Position numbers and translations under genes: made by a program. The notes under the pieces were generated by a model. It saw only the letters and a list, made by a program, of their open reading frames with translations. It made no database searches and was not told the DNA's origin. Below, piece by piece: positions 48,677 through 64,000 of a stretch of 64,000 nucleotides of DNA. The stretch lies in the NCBI RefSeq assembly GCF_009914755.1, contig NC_060947.1; one strand, given 5' to 3'. Every line of letters starts with the position of its first letter. The first letter of the stretch is position 1. Source of the stretch: the human T2T-CHM13v2.0 reference genome, Homo sapiens.

Positions 48677-51047
48677 TATATTTGTTTGTTCTTGCATTGC
48701 TACAAAAAACTACCTGAGACTGGGTAATCCATAAAGAAAAGAGGTTTAATTGGCTGACAGTTCCACAGGCTGTACAGGAAGCATGGCTGGGGAGGCCTCA
48801 GGAAACTTACAGTTATAGCAGAAGGTGAAGAAGGAGTCACGTCTCACTAGGTTGGAGCAGGAGGGAGAGAGAGAAGGGGGAGGTGCTACACACTTTTAAA
48901 CAACCAGATCTCATGAGAACTATCATGACAACAGCAAGAAGGAAATCCATTCCCATGATTGAGTCACCTCCCACCAGGCCCCTCCTCCAACATTGGGGGT
49001 TACAATTCAACATGAGAATTGGGCAGTGACACAAATCCAAACCATATCATTCTGCCCCTGGCCCCTCCCAAATCATGTCCTTCTCACAATGCAAAGTACA
49101 ATCGTCCCTTCTCAACAGTTGCCCAGTGTTAACTCATTCCAGCATTAATTCTAAAGTCCACAGTCCAGAGTCTCATCTGAGAGAAGGCAAGTCCCTTCCA
49201 CCAATGAGCCTGTAAAATAAAAAACAAGTTACCTCCAACATTCAGTGGGGGTACAGGTATTGGATAAATAATCCCAATCCAAAATGAAGAAATCTGCCAA
49301 AACAAAGGGGCTACAGGCCCCATGCAAGTCCGAAACCCAACAGGGCAGTCATTAAATCTTAAAGCTCCAAAATAATCTCCTTTGACTCCATGTCTCACAT
49401 CCATGCCATAGTGATGCAAGAGGTGGGTTCCCAAGGCCTTGGGTAGCTCTACCCCTGTGGCTCTGCAGGGCTCAACTCTCATGGCTGCTCTCAAGGGCTG
49501 GCGTTGAGTGCCTATGGCGTTTCTAGGTGCATGGTGCAAGCTGCCAGTGGATCTACCATTCTGGGGTCTGGAGGACAGTGGCCTTCTTCACAGCTCCACT
49601 AGGCAGTGCCCCACTGGGGACTCTGTTGGGGGGCTCCAACCCTACATTTTCCCTGTGCACTACCCTAGCAGAGGTTCTCCATGAGGGCTCTGCCCCTGCA
49701 GCAGACTTCTGCCTGGATTTCCAGGCCTTTCCATACATCCCCTGAAATCTAGGCAGCAGCTCCCAAGCCTCAACTCTTGCCCACTGCACACCTGCAGGCT
49801 TAACACCACATGGAAGCTGTCAAGGCTTATGGCTACCACCCTCTGGAGCAGCGGCCTGAGACACATCTGGGGCCCTTTTAGCCAACGCTGGAGCTAGAGC
49901 AGCTGGGACACAGGGAGCAGTGTCCTGAGAATATGTAGGGCAGCAGGAGCCCTGGGCCTGGCCCACAAAACCATTTTTCCCTCCTAGGTCCCTGGGCCAA
50001 TAATGGGAGGGGCTGCCGTGAAGGTCTCTGAAATGCCTTGGATGGATTTTCCCCATTGTCATGGCTATTAACATTCAGCTCCTCTTATGCAAATTTCTGC
50101 AGCCAGCTTGAATTCTCCCCAGAAAATTAGTTTTTCTTTTTTACCACATGGTCAGGATGCAAATTTTCTAAACTTTTATGCTCTGCTTCCCTTTTAAATA
50201 TAAGTTCCTGTTTCAGATCATCTCTTTGCCCATGCATAGGACCATATGCTGTTAGAAGCGGCCAGGTTACATCTTGAACACTTTGCTGCTTAGAAATTTA
50301 TTCTGCCAGATACCCTAAATCATTTCTCTCAAGTTCAATGTTCCACAGATCTCTGGGGCAGGAGCATAATGCCTCCAACTTCTTTGCTAGCACATAACAA
50401 AAGTGACCTTTGCTTCGGTTCCCAATAAGTTCTTCATCTCCATCTGAGACAACCTCAGCCTGGACTTCATAGTCTGTATCACTATTGGCATTTTGCTCAC
50501 AACAATTTAACAAGTCTCTAGGAAGTTCCAACCTTTCCCTCATTTTCCTGTCTTCTAAGCCCTCCAAACTGTTCCAGCCTCTTCCTGTTACTCAGTTCCA
50601 AAGCTGCTTCCACATTTTCAGGTATCTTTATATTAATACCCCATTCCTGGGGTATTGATATAATTCTGTATTAATTCATTCTCGCATTCCTATAAAGAAC
50701 TACCAGAGACTGGGTAATTTATAAAGAATAGAGGTCTAATTGGCTCACAGTTCTGCTGGCTGTACAGGAAGCATGGCTGGGGAGGCCTCGGGAAACTTAC
50801 AATCATGGCAGAAGGCAAAGGGGAAGCCCGCATGTCTTACATGGCCAGAGAAGGAGGAAGAAAAGAGAAGGGGTAGGTGCTACACACTTTTAAACAACCA
50901 TATCTCATGAGAATTCACTATTATGAGAACAGCAAGGGAGAAATCCACCCCCATGATCCACTCACCTCCCACCAGGCCCCTCTTCCAACATTGGAGATAA
51001 CAATTCAACATGAGATTTGGGTGGGGACACAAATCCAAACCATATCA
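48677..51047 (-). mobile_element. Full-length THE1D-like MaLR provirus: LTR 48677-49049, internal 49050-50666, LTR 50667-51047
   Basis: Two homologous ~375-381 bp LTRs (both end ...acacaaatccaaaccatatca on the + strand) around a ~1.6 kb THE1-int-like body; flanks TATGG/TACAG. Confidence 0.9.
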
Positions 51048-51820
51048 TACAGTGTGCATGAAGGACTTCAAAGGGATGTTAAAACATTTATTTTTTATAC
51101 ATGTGCATCAGGCAAACAGGAAGTTTTTTACAAATCCCTGTACATACTCTTGCCCCTTAAAACACTGTTTGACGTGTGGTGTCATCCAAGTTTCATGTCA
51201 GGGTTCGAAGTTGATATAATCGCTGCTTGCTTTGCTGAGTTGCTTTGACATATCTGGATATCATCTTTCTGTGTGTAGAGCGTATACCCAGGTGCCTCTG
51301 CACACATTTGTTTTTTCATCAAATGTTTGTTGAGGGTATCCTCAAACCCCTGTGCTCTTTGAGTGTTGGATCTTTGCTCTGAAGGCAGGAAAGGGAGTGC
51401 TGAGACAGCAAAGGTGACTGGAATGCCAGGAGCCTCATCTGGCTCAGAAGAAGCCCCCAAGGGCAAGCAGCATCCTTGATGTGGTGAGCTGAAAGCCAGC
51501 TCTCCCTAAAGATCTGTGGCCCCCTGGATGGATGAGTTCCCTTGGCGTCTTGCTATGCTATTTTTGTGATCCATTTCAGTCAAAGATGTGTGAAAAGCAT
51601 TTTATAAGTTGTAACGTGCCCTACTGTCACTAAACCTCATACCATCAATTTTATAAAGCTCTTTTAGTGAGACCAGCCTTGCAGCAATTGCTCTATATTT
51701 AGGAAAGCAAAGATGGATATTACAAACCACAAAACTGCCCCGTTCAAGAGTTTTTTACCTACATGATAATTTTGCCTTCTCCCTGTGTTCTCTCTTTTCA
51801 TAGGATTTCACCTACATATC

Positions 51821-51821
<1 letters not shown>

Positions 51822-51851
<30 letters not shown>

Positions 51852-52133
51852 ATTTTTTTTTTTGAGACAGGACCTCACTCTATTGCCCAGGCTGGAGTGC
51901 AGTGGCACAGTCACAGCTCACTGCAGCCTCGATCTCTCTGGGTTCAGGCAGTCCTCCCGTCTCTGCCTCCCAAGTAGCTGTGACTACAGGCGTGCGTCCC
52001 TCACCTGGTTAATTTTTCTATTTTTTTGTAGAGATGGAGTTTCATTATGTTGTCCAGATGGGTTTCGAACTCCTGGGTTCAAACGACCCTCCCAAAGTAC
52101 TGGGATTACAGGTGTGAGCCACCCTGCCCAGCC
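51822..52133 (-). mobile_element. (TG)n microsatellite plus antisense AluJ-like element
   Basis: TG tract 51821-51851, then reverse Alu. Confidence 0.87.
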
Positions 52134-52673
52134 TACATATTAATTTTGCTTTTGAAAAGGGAAAGTTAAGCGAATGAGAACTGGGTGTCGAAAGGATCCA
52201 GAGATTAAGATGTGCACATCGAGATCCCCAGCCTGGTGGTGGCAACTCCATCGTAAGCCTGGAGTGTTTCTCCACTGACTTGACACAAGTACATCCAGCT
52301 GCCCTATCTCAATAGTGAGTTGATTTAGAGCAAACACGTCCTGTGAAGGAATTTTTAGACATTTTTGCTCTATTACAGCTCATTATGTAGGCATTTAAAA
52401 AGAGCTCAAGAATATGTAGGAAAAAATGTTTCTAAAAATTCTTTGTTTTCTCTGGCATTTCCTAAGTTCTAAACTTTAAACTTTTTCTTCAGAGAGGTAT
52501 TTATTTTTATACCAATGACATTTGATTACTCAACTGGATATACTTAAACAGCTAAACATTCTACCAGAAGACTGACGTCCTTGTTCATATCCGATCATAT
52601 ATAAATACTGGCCTATGAACAAAACTGGGGAGATGTGTTACCCTTTTTTTGTTATTTATTTTTTTTAATTTAA

Positions 52674-52992
<319 letters not shown>

Positions 52993-53254
52993 TATTTATT
53001 TATTTTTTGTGGCCCATTCTAATCAAAGGAAGAAGAAAAAAAAGAATATAGCATGCAGGGAGAGTTTCAAATACGAAAAACCCTGAGTGTGAATATTTTG
53101 TTTACATTATTCTGCTCGTGCAGAATTTTCAGTCTTAAACTATCGCCTGTAGAACGGATATTTGGAATTAGAGTACTTTTTAAACTATTACTGGCATGAG
53201 CCTTTCTTCTTAAATTGATTCAAAGGACTCAAACTATTAGCAAATATTACATGT

Positions 53255-53610
53255 TGTCTTAATCCGTTCAGGCTTCTATAACAAAGTACCATAGACTGAG
53301 TGAATCATAAACAACACAGAAATTGATTTCTCACAGTTCTGGAGGCTGGAAATCCAAGATCAGGGTGCCCCTGTGGTCAGGTTCTGGTGAGAACCGGGTT
53401 GTTGGCCTGGTTGTATCCTCACATGGTGGAAAGAGAGCAAAGTAGCTCTCAGGCCTCTTCTTATAAGGGCGCTAATCCCATTCATGGGGAGTTCTGCCCC
53501 CATGACCTGATTACCTCCCAAAGATCCCACCTCCTAATACCAGCACACTGGGGTTAGGATTTCAACATCTAGTTAGGGGATAAGGGGGGCAAACATTCAG
53601 TCCATAACAG
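53255..53610 (-). mobile_element. MLT1A/MST-like MaLR solo LTR
   Basis: tgtcttaatccgttcaggcttctataacaaagtaccatagactg...aaacattcagtccataaca. Confidence 0.82.
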
Positions 53611-53649
53611 TTGTCAACTTTTTAGCATATATAAGAAAAGCATGTTCAA

Positions 53650-53960
<311 letters not shown>

Positions 53961-54123
53961 TGAAAAAGAAACCAAAATGGTATTTATGAATTAGAAGGGA
54001 GAGATGTAGATCTTAATGTATATGACAGCTATAACCTAAAGGTTGCAAGGAAAAGGACACACCTAGTGGTAAAGTTGCTACATTCCTCTGGAAGTAATGA
54101 AATATTAATTCTGAATAGGCTAT

Positions 54124-54431
<308 letters not shown>

Positions 54432-54627
54432 AGTTTTTTCAAAATAGGCTATGAAATGCCTGTGTATTGTCATCTCTAGAACAAGCACTTAAAAACTGTA
54501 CAAAGAGATTCAGACAACTCAATAGATAACTTTCGACCTTGCTCAGATAGCCCAAAAGAGGTCAGTAGAAGGGAAGCCGCAACAACAACAACCAGAAGAA
54601 ACAAAACAAATATTAAAATAGCAGACC

Positions 54628-54925
54628 TGCCTGGGCGCGGGGGCACACACCTGGAATCCCAGCACTTTGGGAGGCCGAGGTGACAGGATCGCTTCAGCCC
54701 AGGAGTTCAAGACCAGCCTGGAAGACATAGGGAGACCCCGTCTCTACAAAAAAAAAAAAAAATTACCTGGGTGTAGTGAAATGTGCCAGTGTTCCCAGCT
54801 ACTAGGGAGACTGAGGCAGGAGGATCACTGGAGCCCAGGAATTGGAGGCTGCAATGAGCCATGATCACACTACTACACTCCAACCTGAGCGACAGAGTAG
54901 ACCCTGTCTCAAAAAAGAAAAATAA
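54628..54925 (+). mobile_element. Alu (AluJ-like)
   Basis: Alu dimer consensus. Confidence 0.88.
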
Positions 54926-55546
54926 ATTCTCCAAATACTGTAAAAAAAAAAAAAAAAGGAAGTGGCTATTTCTGCTCTCCACATGAAAATCTGTTATATG
55001 ACAACACTTGGAGTTCATCAAACACTTGGAGCCCAGTGGGAGCAAGACTGTACAGCTACCTCCCTCCAAGTTCAGATTGGCCCTCCTGCCTTCTGCCACA
55101 GAAGGGGACTGGTGGTCTGGTGATTATGGGCGGCGGCGGTGAAGGGGGTAATTGGGGGCATCGGATATAGATTCTCAGGCACTATTTCTACTGACAGTCC
55201 CCCGTACTTCCCCCGCCGACACCCCACTCCCTGCAGAAGCACCTGGTACCACAAAGAGTCTTGCTCCTGGCAGGTCTGCATCTCAGCCTTCTGGTCTACC
55301 CAGCCAGTTGGCATTTGTCTATCACCTTTCCTGCTACCAGGATCTTTTTGGTAAATCATCTGCTGTGTTCTCTGAGGGTTAATGCCTCTTTTAAGCTGTT
55401 TCTGTCATTTTAGTGGGCTTTGAGGAGAGGGTGTAGTTAAATGCATGTGTGCATTGCTTTTTTTTTTTTTTTTAAAAGATAACCAATAGTGCAGAAAAGC
55501 ACATAAACTTGTCACATTGTAGGACACTGAAGAACAAAAGAGATCA

Positions 55547-56269
<723 letters not shown>

Positions 56270-56270
<1 letters not shown>

Positions 56271-56420
56271 CCCTTCCTTCCTTCCTGCCCTCCCTCCTTC
56301 CCACCTTCCTTCCTTCCTTCCCCCATTCCTCCCCTCACTCTCTCCTTCCCTCCGTCTTTCTCTCCCTCTTTCCCTTCCTCCCTCCCTCCATTCTTTTCCT
56401 CCCTCCCTGTCTCCTTTTTC
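56270..56420. repeat. CT-rich/(CCTT)n low-complexity tract
   Basis: Polypyrimidine tract. Confidence 0.85.
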
Positions 56421-56983
56421 CTTTTGCTTTTTTTAAGGAAACAGGATTATATAATAATATTTTCGAAATCTGCTTTTTACTTAGCAGTATTGGGAACGTT
56501 TTCCTTAATTATTCTTCAACATAGTATTGAATTTTGGTGTGATATCCCATTATAAGGATATAAAATGGTTTACTGAACGGTTCTCTAAGTGTGGTTTTAG
56601 GATTTTGCCTTTTTGTCCCAGTTGTAACCTCAGTTACAGAGTTCATTGGGTGTGCTTTGCACTTAGATCTTTGCACACATCTCTGCTCATTTGCTCAGAA
56701 TAAATTCCTTCTTATGGAAACCCTGTAAGCAAAGGAGTCCGGTGGGATTTTGACTTCCATGTAATGTTTAGTCCTACATACTGGGTAGCTGGCATCGTTT
56801 GCCTTTTGGCAGCCTCATTTCTTACACAGGTTCCATTTGAAGCTGTCCCCAGTCTTAGCAGGTCAGTTTCACACACTCCGCATCTTCCACTTGTCTTACC
56901 TACCGAAACTGTTCCAACAAGCCTGTAATTCAAGACTTAGCTAGAAAAAGGTCATTTCCCATGAACTAACAGTGTCTTTCCCA

Positions 56984-57702
56984 GCTGGCGCGGTGGCTCG
57001 CTCCTGTGATCCCAACATTTTGGGAGGGTGAGACAGGCAGATCGCCCGAGTCCAGGAGTTGAAGACCAGCTTGGACAACAAAGCGAGACTCCATCTCTAC
57101 AAAAAATACAAAAATTAACCAGGCATGGTAGTGCGTGCCTGTGGTCCCAGCTACTTGAGAGGCTGAAGAGGGAGGATCTCTTGAGCCCAGGAGGTTGACT
57201 GAGGCTGCAGTGAGTTGCAGTTTTGCCACTGTACTCCAGCCTGGGGGAGAGTGAGACCTTGTCTCAAAAAAATAAAATTAAAATTAATGGTGTCTTTCCT
57301 AATACATGGGTTGTCAGTGGCCTTCACAACTCAATCTCATCCAGGTTGGTGCCACTTCTGCTAACGCCTGTACTTATATATTACCACTGCTTAAAAAAAA
57401 ATGTCGGCCAGGCACAGTGGCTCACACCTATAATTCCAGCACTTTGGGAGGCCGAGGTGGGCGGATCACGAGGTCAGGAGTTCGAGACCAGCCTGGCCAA
57501 CATAGTGAAACCCCATCTCTACTAAAAATATGAAAAAATTAGCTGGGCGTGGTGGCAGGTGCCTGTAATTCCAGCTACTCAGGAGGCTGAGGCAGGAGAA
57601 TCGCTTGGACCCAGGAGCCGGAGGTTACGGTGAGCCGAGATCACGCCATTGCACTCCATGCTGGGTGACAAGAGTGAAACTCCGTCTTAAAAAAAAAAAA
57701 AG
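56984..57702 (+). mobile_element. Two sense Alus (about 56984-57280, J-like; about 57406-57702, S-like)
   Basis: Alu dimer consensus. Confidence 0.88.
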
Positions 57703-58189
57703 CATTACCTGCAGGTGATATGAGTTAGACACCAGTTCTAGGGCTGGTGGGGAGAGAGAAATTAGGAGCCCATACGAATGTTGGAGTGGACCCTGCAGGT
57801 GTATTAGCAAACATACCTACCCTCCAAAGGCTGACAGAGCAAAAGAGGCTACATGATGAAGCAAATGAAGCAACTAAAGGGTGGTGGCTGCAGCGACCTC
57901 AGGACCTAGGACTGACACCTGGATGAGCAGGGTGACTGGTGGAATGTGGGAACAGAACAGAACATCGAGGGAGGGCCTCAGAACTGGAAACCATGGCTAC
58001 CGTGTTGATGAGAACTCCCAGCTGCCTGGACCAAGAAGCCGGTGCTGAAGAACTAGGCAGGACGTCCGAGAGGAGCTGTGTCCATGTCGGCCCCGCTGGC
58101 CAGGTGAGCTGACTGCCCTCCCCTCAAGCCACCGGTTCATGCGAAGACCACGTCGCTAGGTAGCGGAGGTTCATTCCCTCTTTATTGTG

Positions 58190-59720
<1,531 letters not shown>

Positions 59721-59723
59721 TAG

Positions 59724-60015
59724 CTGGCTGGGTGTGATGGCTCACGCCTGTAATCCCAGCACTTTGGGGCCGAGGAGGGTGGATCACCTGAGGTCAGGAG
59801 TTCAAGACCAGCCTGGCCAACATGGCGAAACCCTGTCTCTACTAAAAATACAAAAAAAATTAGCTGGGCGTGGTGGCACATGCCTGTAATCCCAGCTACT
59901 CGGGAGGCTAACGCAGGAGACTCGCTGGAACCCAGGAAGGCTTGCAGTGAGCGGAGATCACACACCACTGCACTCCAGCCTTGGGCAACAGAGCAAGACT
60001 CTGTCTCAAAAAAAA
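59724..60015 (+). mobile_element. Alu (AluS-like)
   Basis: Alu dimer consensus. Confidence 0.9.
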
Positions 60016-60320
60016 TTTTTATATTTATAGTGAGTGTATGTTCTTACACTAAGGACGGTAAATAAAGTAGGAATCAGGAGGCCTTCACAGGACTGGGGTT
60101 AATCAAAAGTCAACACTGCTGGATTAGCATCCAAGATGGAGTCACTTTTGTCTCCACACAGGGCTGTTCCTGTGTCTGCATCTTCTCTGAAGAGCCATCT
60201 CGAAATATGCCGAAAAAGGATATATATCTCTTTTGTGTATGAACCTGTGTGATACCTAGCGAAGCCTACGGACCTTTTTCCAGAAAAGATGCAAAAACAA
60301 GGTGCCCAGGATTACACTTA

Positions 60321-60630
<310 letters not shown>

Positions 60631-60811
60631 ATCATCATCATTTGTTCAAGAATATCTTGCCAAAAAGAATGATTACTATAAATGTGGCATCCGCCAGGAA
60701 TGTTCCGGCCGTTAGGAGGGATTTCTGACATCAGCCTGGAACAACCTCTGACCCATCCCTCCCCAGCATGCCTCCCCGATAAAGTTCAGACCCTCAGTGT
60801 TCTCCAGCAAC

Positions 60812-60937
60812 TCTTTCTTTCCTTCCTCCCTCCTTCCCTCCCTCCCTCCCTCCTGCCCTTCCATTTCTCTCTCCCTCCCTCCCCCTTCCTTCCTTCCTTC
60901 CTTCCTTCCTTCCTTCCTTCCTTCCTTCCTTCCTTCC
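60812..60937. repeat. (CCTC)n/(CCTT)n microsatellite
   Basis: Polypyrimidine tract with (CCTT)~13 at the end. Confidence 0.9.
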
Positions 60938-61137
60938 ACTCACAATGTCTATTTTATCCCATCTTTATTCATCACTTAAAAATGAGTGTCTCTTTCCAGA
61001 GTGGATCTTCCTTGGGAAGTCGGGGAGAGGTATGTGAGCTACTCCTCTGTACCCTTCCCAGCACCCAGGAGAGCCTTTCAAAGTTTTCTGCATATACATG
61101 TGGGTGTCTTTTAAAAACAAAACTGGGGGCATACAAC

Positions 61138-61400
61138 TACACACACACACACACACACACAAACACAAGCACACACAAGGAGACACACAAACACACACAG
61201 GGAGACACACACAAATACACAACACACACACACAAGGAGACACACACAAACACACACAAGGAGACACAGACAAATACACAACACACACAAGGAGACACAG
61301 ACAAATACACAACACACACAAGGAGACACAAACACACACAAGGAGACACAGACAAATACACAACACACACAAACACAAACACACAAGGAGACACACAAAC
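61138..61400. repeat. CA-rich compound minisatellite, GGAGACACA(C/G)ACAAA(T/C)ACACAACACACACAA-like units
   Basis: About 8 recurrences of ggagacaca spaced 20-35 bp, after a (CA)n seed. Confidence 0.88.
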
Positions 61401-61702
61401 GCATATATATATAAAACAACATGTATATTTATACATTCTTTTGCATCCTTTTCCCACTTAGCAAACAGTGACAATTTCCTGTCACTAAAATGCTTTTGAA
61501 GACTTCATTGTAAATGGTTGAATAGTATGCTATATCACCTGGAATTATGAAATGTACTTAAGCATCCGTATTGCTTCACATATTACTTGTCTCCAGATTT
61601 CTCTTATTCCTAGTGTCAACAACACCCCTGGTGAGCATCAGTGCCCAGACACTTTGATCCCACTTCTCTGATTTGTCCACTAGAATTGGTTCCAAGAAAT
61701 AG

Positions 61703-62061
<359 letters not shown>

Positions 62062-63049
62062 TAATACACTTTTATGTTTGTGTCTCTGTATGCTCACCAT
62101 TTTTTCCAATTAAAAAAGTAATAGACCTTAAGACACGAAAAGAGAAATCACCAGTAATCCTAATATTCAGATGCATCTTGTTTTGTCTTCCCAGCCTATT
62201 TTATGATAGGCAAAAATAAGATGATACTACTATAGATACTAACGAGTTTGTTATCTGCATTTTAGATCCAACCCACCATGGACATTTTCTCACGTTACTA
62301 AATCTTTTTCTACTTTACTATCTGCAAAGTATTATAATAAATGATTGGCTTCATTTTAACATATACTAGGTAGTAAAGTGTATTTATGTACTCAAACTAA
62401 TGAATCTTCCATTGCTTGACAACATTTTATTGGAGACATGGTCTTGCTATGCTGCCCAGGCTGGTCTCAAACTCCTCGGCTCAAGCAAGTTTCCCGAGAC
62501 AACTGTTTTGTGAAATATTTTTTATTGTTTTCTTGTTTTAAATAATCATGCTTATTGCAGAAATATTTGAAAATACTGAACAGCCAGGCACCTTTAAAAA
62601 ATTACAATCTGAGTGTCATAAATGGACACAACATTGCGTGAAAGAAACCAGTCACACAAAAGCATTGACCGTATGATCCCCATTTTGAAAAACAGGCAAA
62701 ATAGAAGTAAGATGTGTGGGGATGCATGCTGAGATGACAAAACTATGAAAGCAAGCAAGGAAGTGGGAATATTGTGTATCTGAAATGAAATGCTGGCTCC
62801 ATGGGTGTTCACCCCACCATCATTCATTGAGCTGCACACTTGTGTGCTTTTCTATATGTGTGTGACCCTTCACAATCCAAATAGCTTAGAAAAAACTCAG
62901 AATCTCTCAAACCCAGTTAAAAATGTCTCCTAATAGCTTAGGATGTAGATTTTCAGTTCGATTTGTATCTATGATTATATCGTACATATTATTTTGAAAC
63001 ATGTAATTTGTATTTGAAATATTACGGACACCTCCCTTTTGGTCACACA

Positions 63050-63520
63050 GAATGTCAACTAGAATGGCTGTCATGAAAAACATTAAAAATACCAAATGTT
63101 GGAGAAAATATGAAGAAACTGGAACCTCCATCATTGCTGGTGGGAATATAAAATGGTGCAGCCACGTGGGAAAACAGTTGAGCAATTTACAAAAAGTTAA
63201 ATGCGCACTTAACATATGAACCACCATTTCACTCCTAGGCATCTACACCAGATAAACAAGGACATATGCCCATACAAACTTTTATATTCAAGTGTTCATG
63301 ACAGCATAGTTTATAATGGCCAAAACATGGCACCAACCCAAATGTCCAAAAGCTGATGAATGAACAAACTGTGGTCTACCCACACAATGGAACACCATTC
63401 AGCAATGAAAAGGGACAACCTTCTCATACCTGCTGCAACATGGATGACCCTTGGAAACGTGCCATGTGAAAAGAGCCACACAAAACTCTTATACCTTGTA
63501 TGATTCCATTTGTATTGTCA
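63050..63520 (+). mobile_element. Old L1 (ORF2 end / 3'UTR) fragment
   Basis: agaatggct...ataccaaatgttgg...cattgctggtgggaatataaaatggtgcagccac...caacatggatgacccttggaaac. Confidence 0.8.
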
Positions 63521-63940
63521 ATGTTGGCGTATAGCTCCATCGCGTGGACATAGCATAAATTCCTTCACCAAGCCCTGTTGTTGGACTTGACGTTGTTCCC
63601 CGGTTTCCAATATTACAAGCAATGCTGTGAGGACCATCTTTGTGGCTACATATTTGTGGCCGACCTTATTCATGTCTTTGCACCAATGCCCAGAAGTGGA
63701 ACTGCCAGTCTGAAGGTGTGTGCATTTTAAAGCTTTCGGGAAATATCGCGGAGCGGCCCTGCACAAAGTTTGCTCAGACTGCACTCCCACCAGCAGATCT
63801 AGAGGGTCTAGTGTCTCCTTTCTCCAATACAACACCTCCCTCTTGGCGCTACTCACCCATGGGAGGCTGTCCCAGGTCCCAGGGTCCCCCCGCTCACCAT
63901 GCTCTGTATTTGTTTGTAGTTTCCTGGGTGCGCTGCCACC

Positions 63941-64000
63941 ATGGTCTGGTTCTGCAACAGTGCCGACTGCCAATTTTCAGTCTTCGCCCTTACCACCATA
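63941..64000 (+). CDS. CLDN34: Claudin-34 N-terminus (partial, runs off the window): MVWFCNSADCQFSVFALTTI
   Basis: Perfect Kozak GCCACC-ATG-G; 20 open codons leading into a hydrophobic claudin TM1-like segment; matches my recollection of the CLDN34 N-terminus and of its position downstream of SHROOM2. Confidence 0.88.
   Translation, partial: MVWFCNSADCQFSVFALTTI

Noticed and set aside
49129-50567. ORFs inside the THE1 internal region
   Set aside because: Fragmented remnants of the MaLR internal ORF with stops and frameshifts; not an intact gene.
60682-61499. 259-aa ORF and overlapping ORFs
   Set aside because: Built from (CCTT)n and CA-rich repeats; no recognisable domain.

Overview
Primate (human-like) genomic DNA, not prokaryotic. 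The window holds the 3' part of SHROOM2 (APXL) on the + strand: most of a long intron (1-28786), the last five coding exons (28787-29482, 33746-34297, 35806-35977, 41245-41517, 43278-43544; all GT-AG, phases consistent, encoding the Ser/Pro-rich region and the ROCK-binding ASD2 domain) and a ~2.5 kb 3'UTR ending near an AATAAA at 46026. An ~18 kb repeat-dense spacer follows, and the last 60 bases are the first 20 codons of CLDN34 (ATG 63941), which the ORF track misses. The rest is mostly Alus, old L1 fragments, MaLR/ERV LTRs (a full THE1D-like provirus, a THE1A-like solo LTR), MER20/MER58/MER3/Tigger4 DNA-transposon relics, a ~31-bp minisatellite and microsatellites. Nearly all other ORFs in the track are repeat-derived or antisense shadows. 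I see no convincing new biological system. The best leads are regulatory: an internal perfect-Kozak Met giving an ASD2-only isoform, candidate intronic promoters that could feed it, frame-preserving exons flanked by inverted Alus, and a splice acceptor in front of CLDN34. Gene names, exon numbers and repeat subfamilies come from my recollection of the sequences, not from a database search. Repeat boundaries are approximate.
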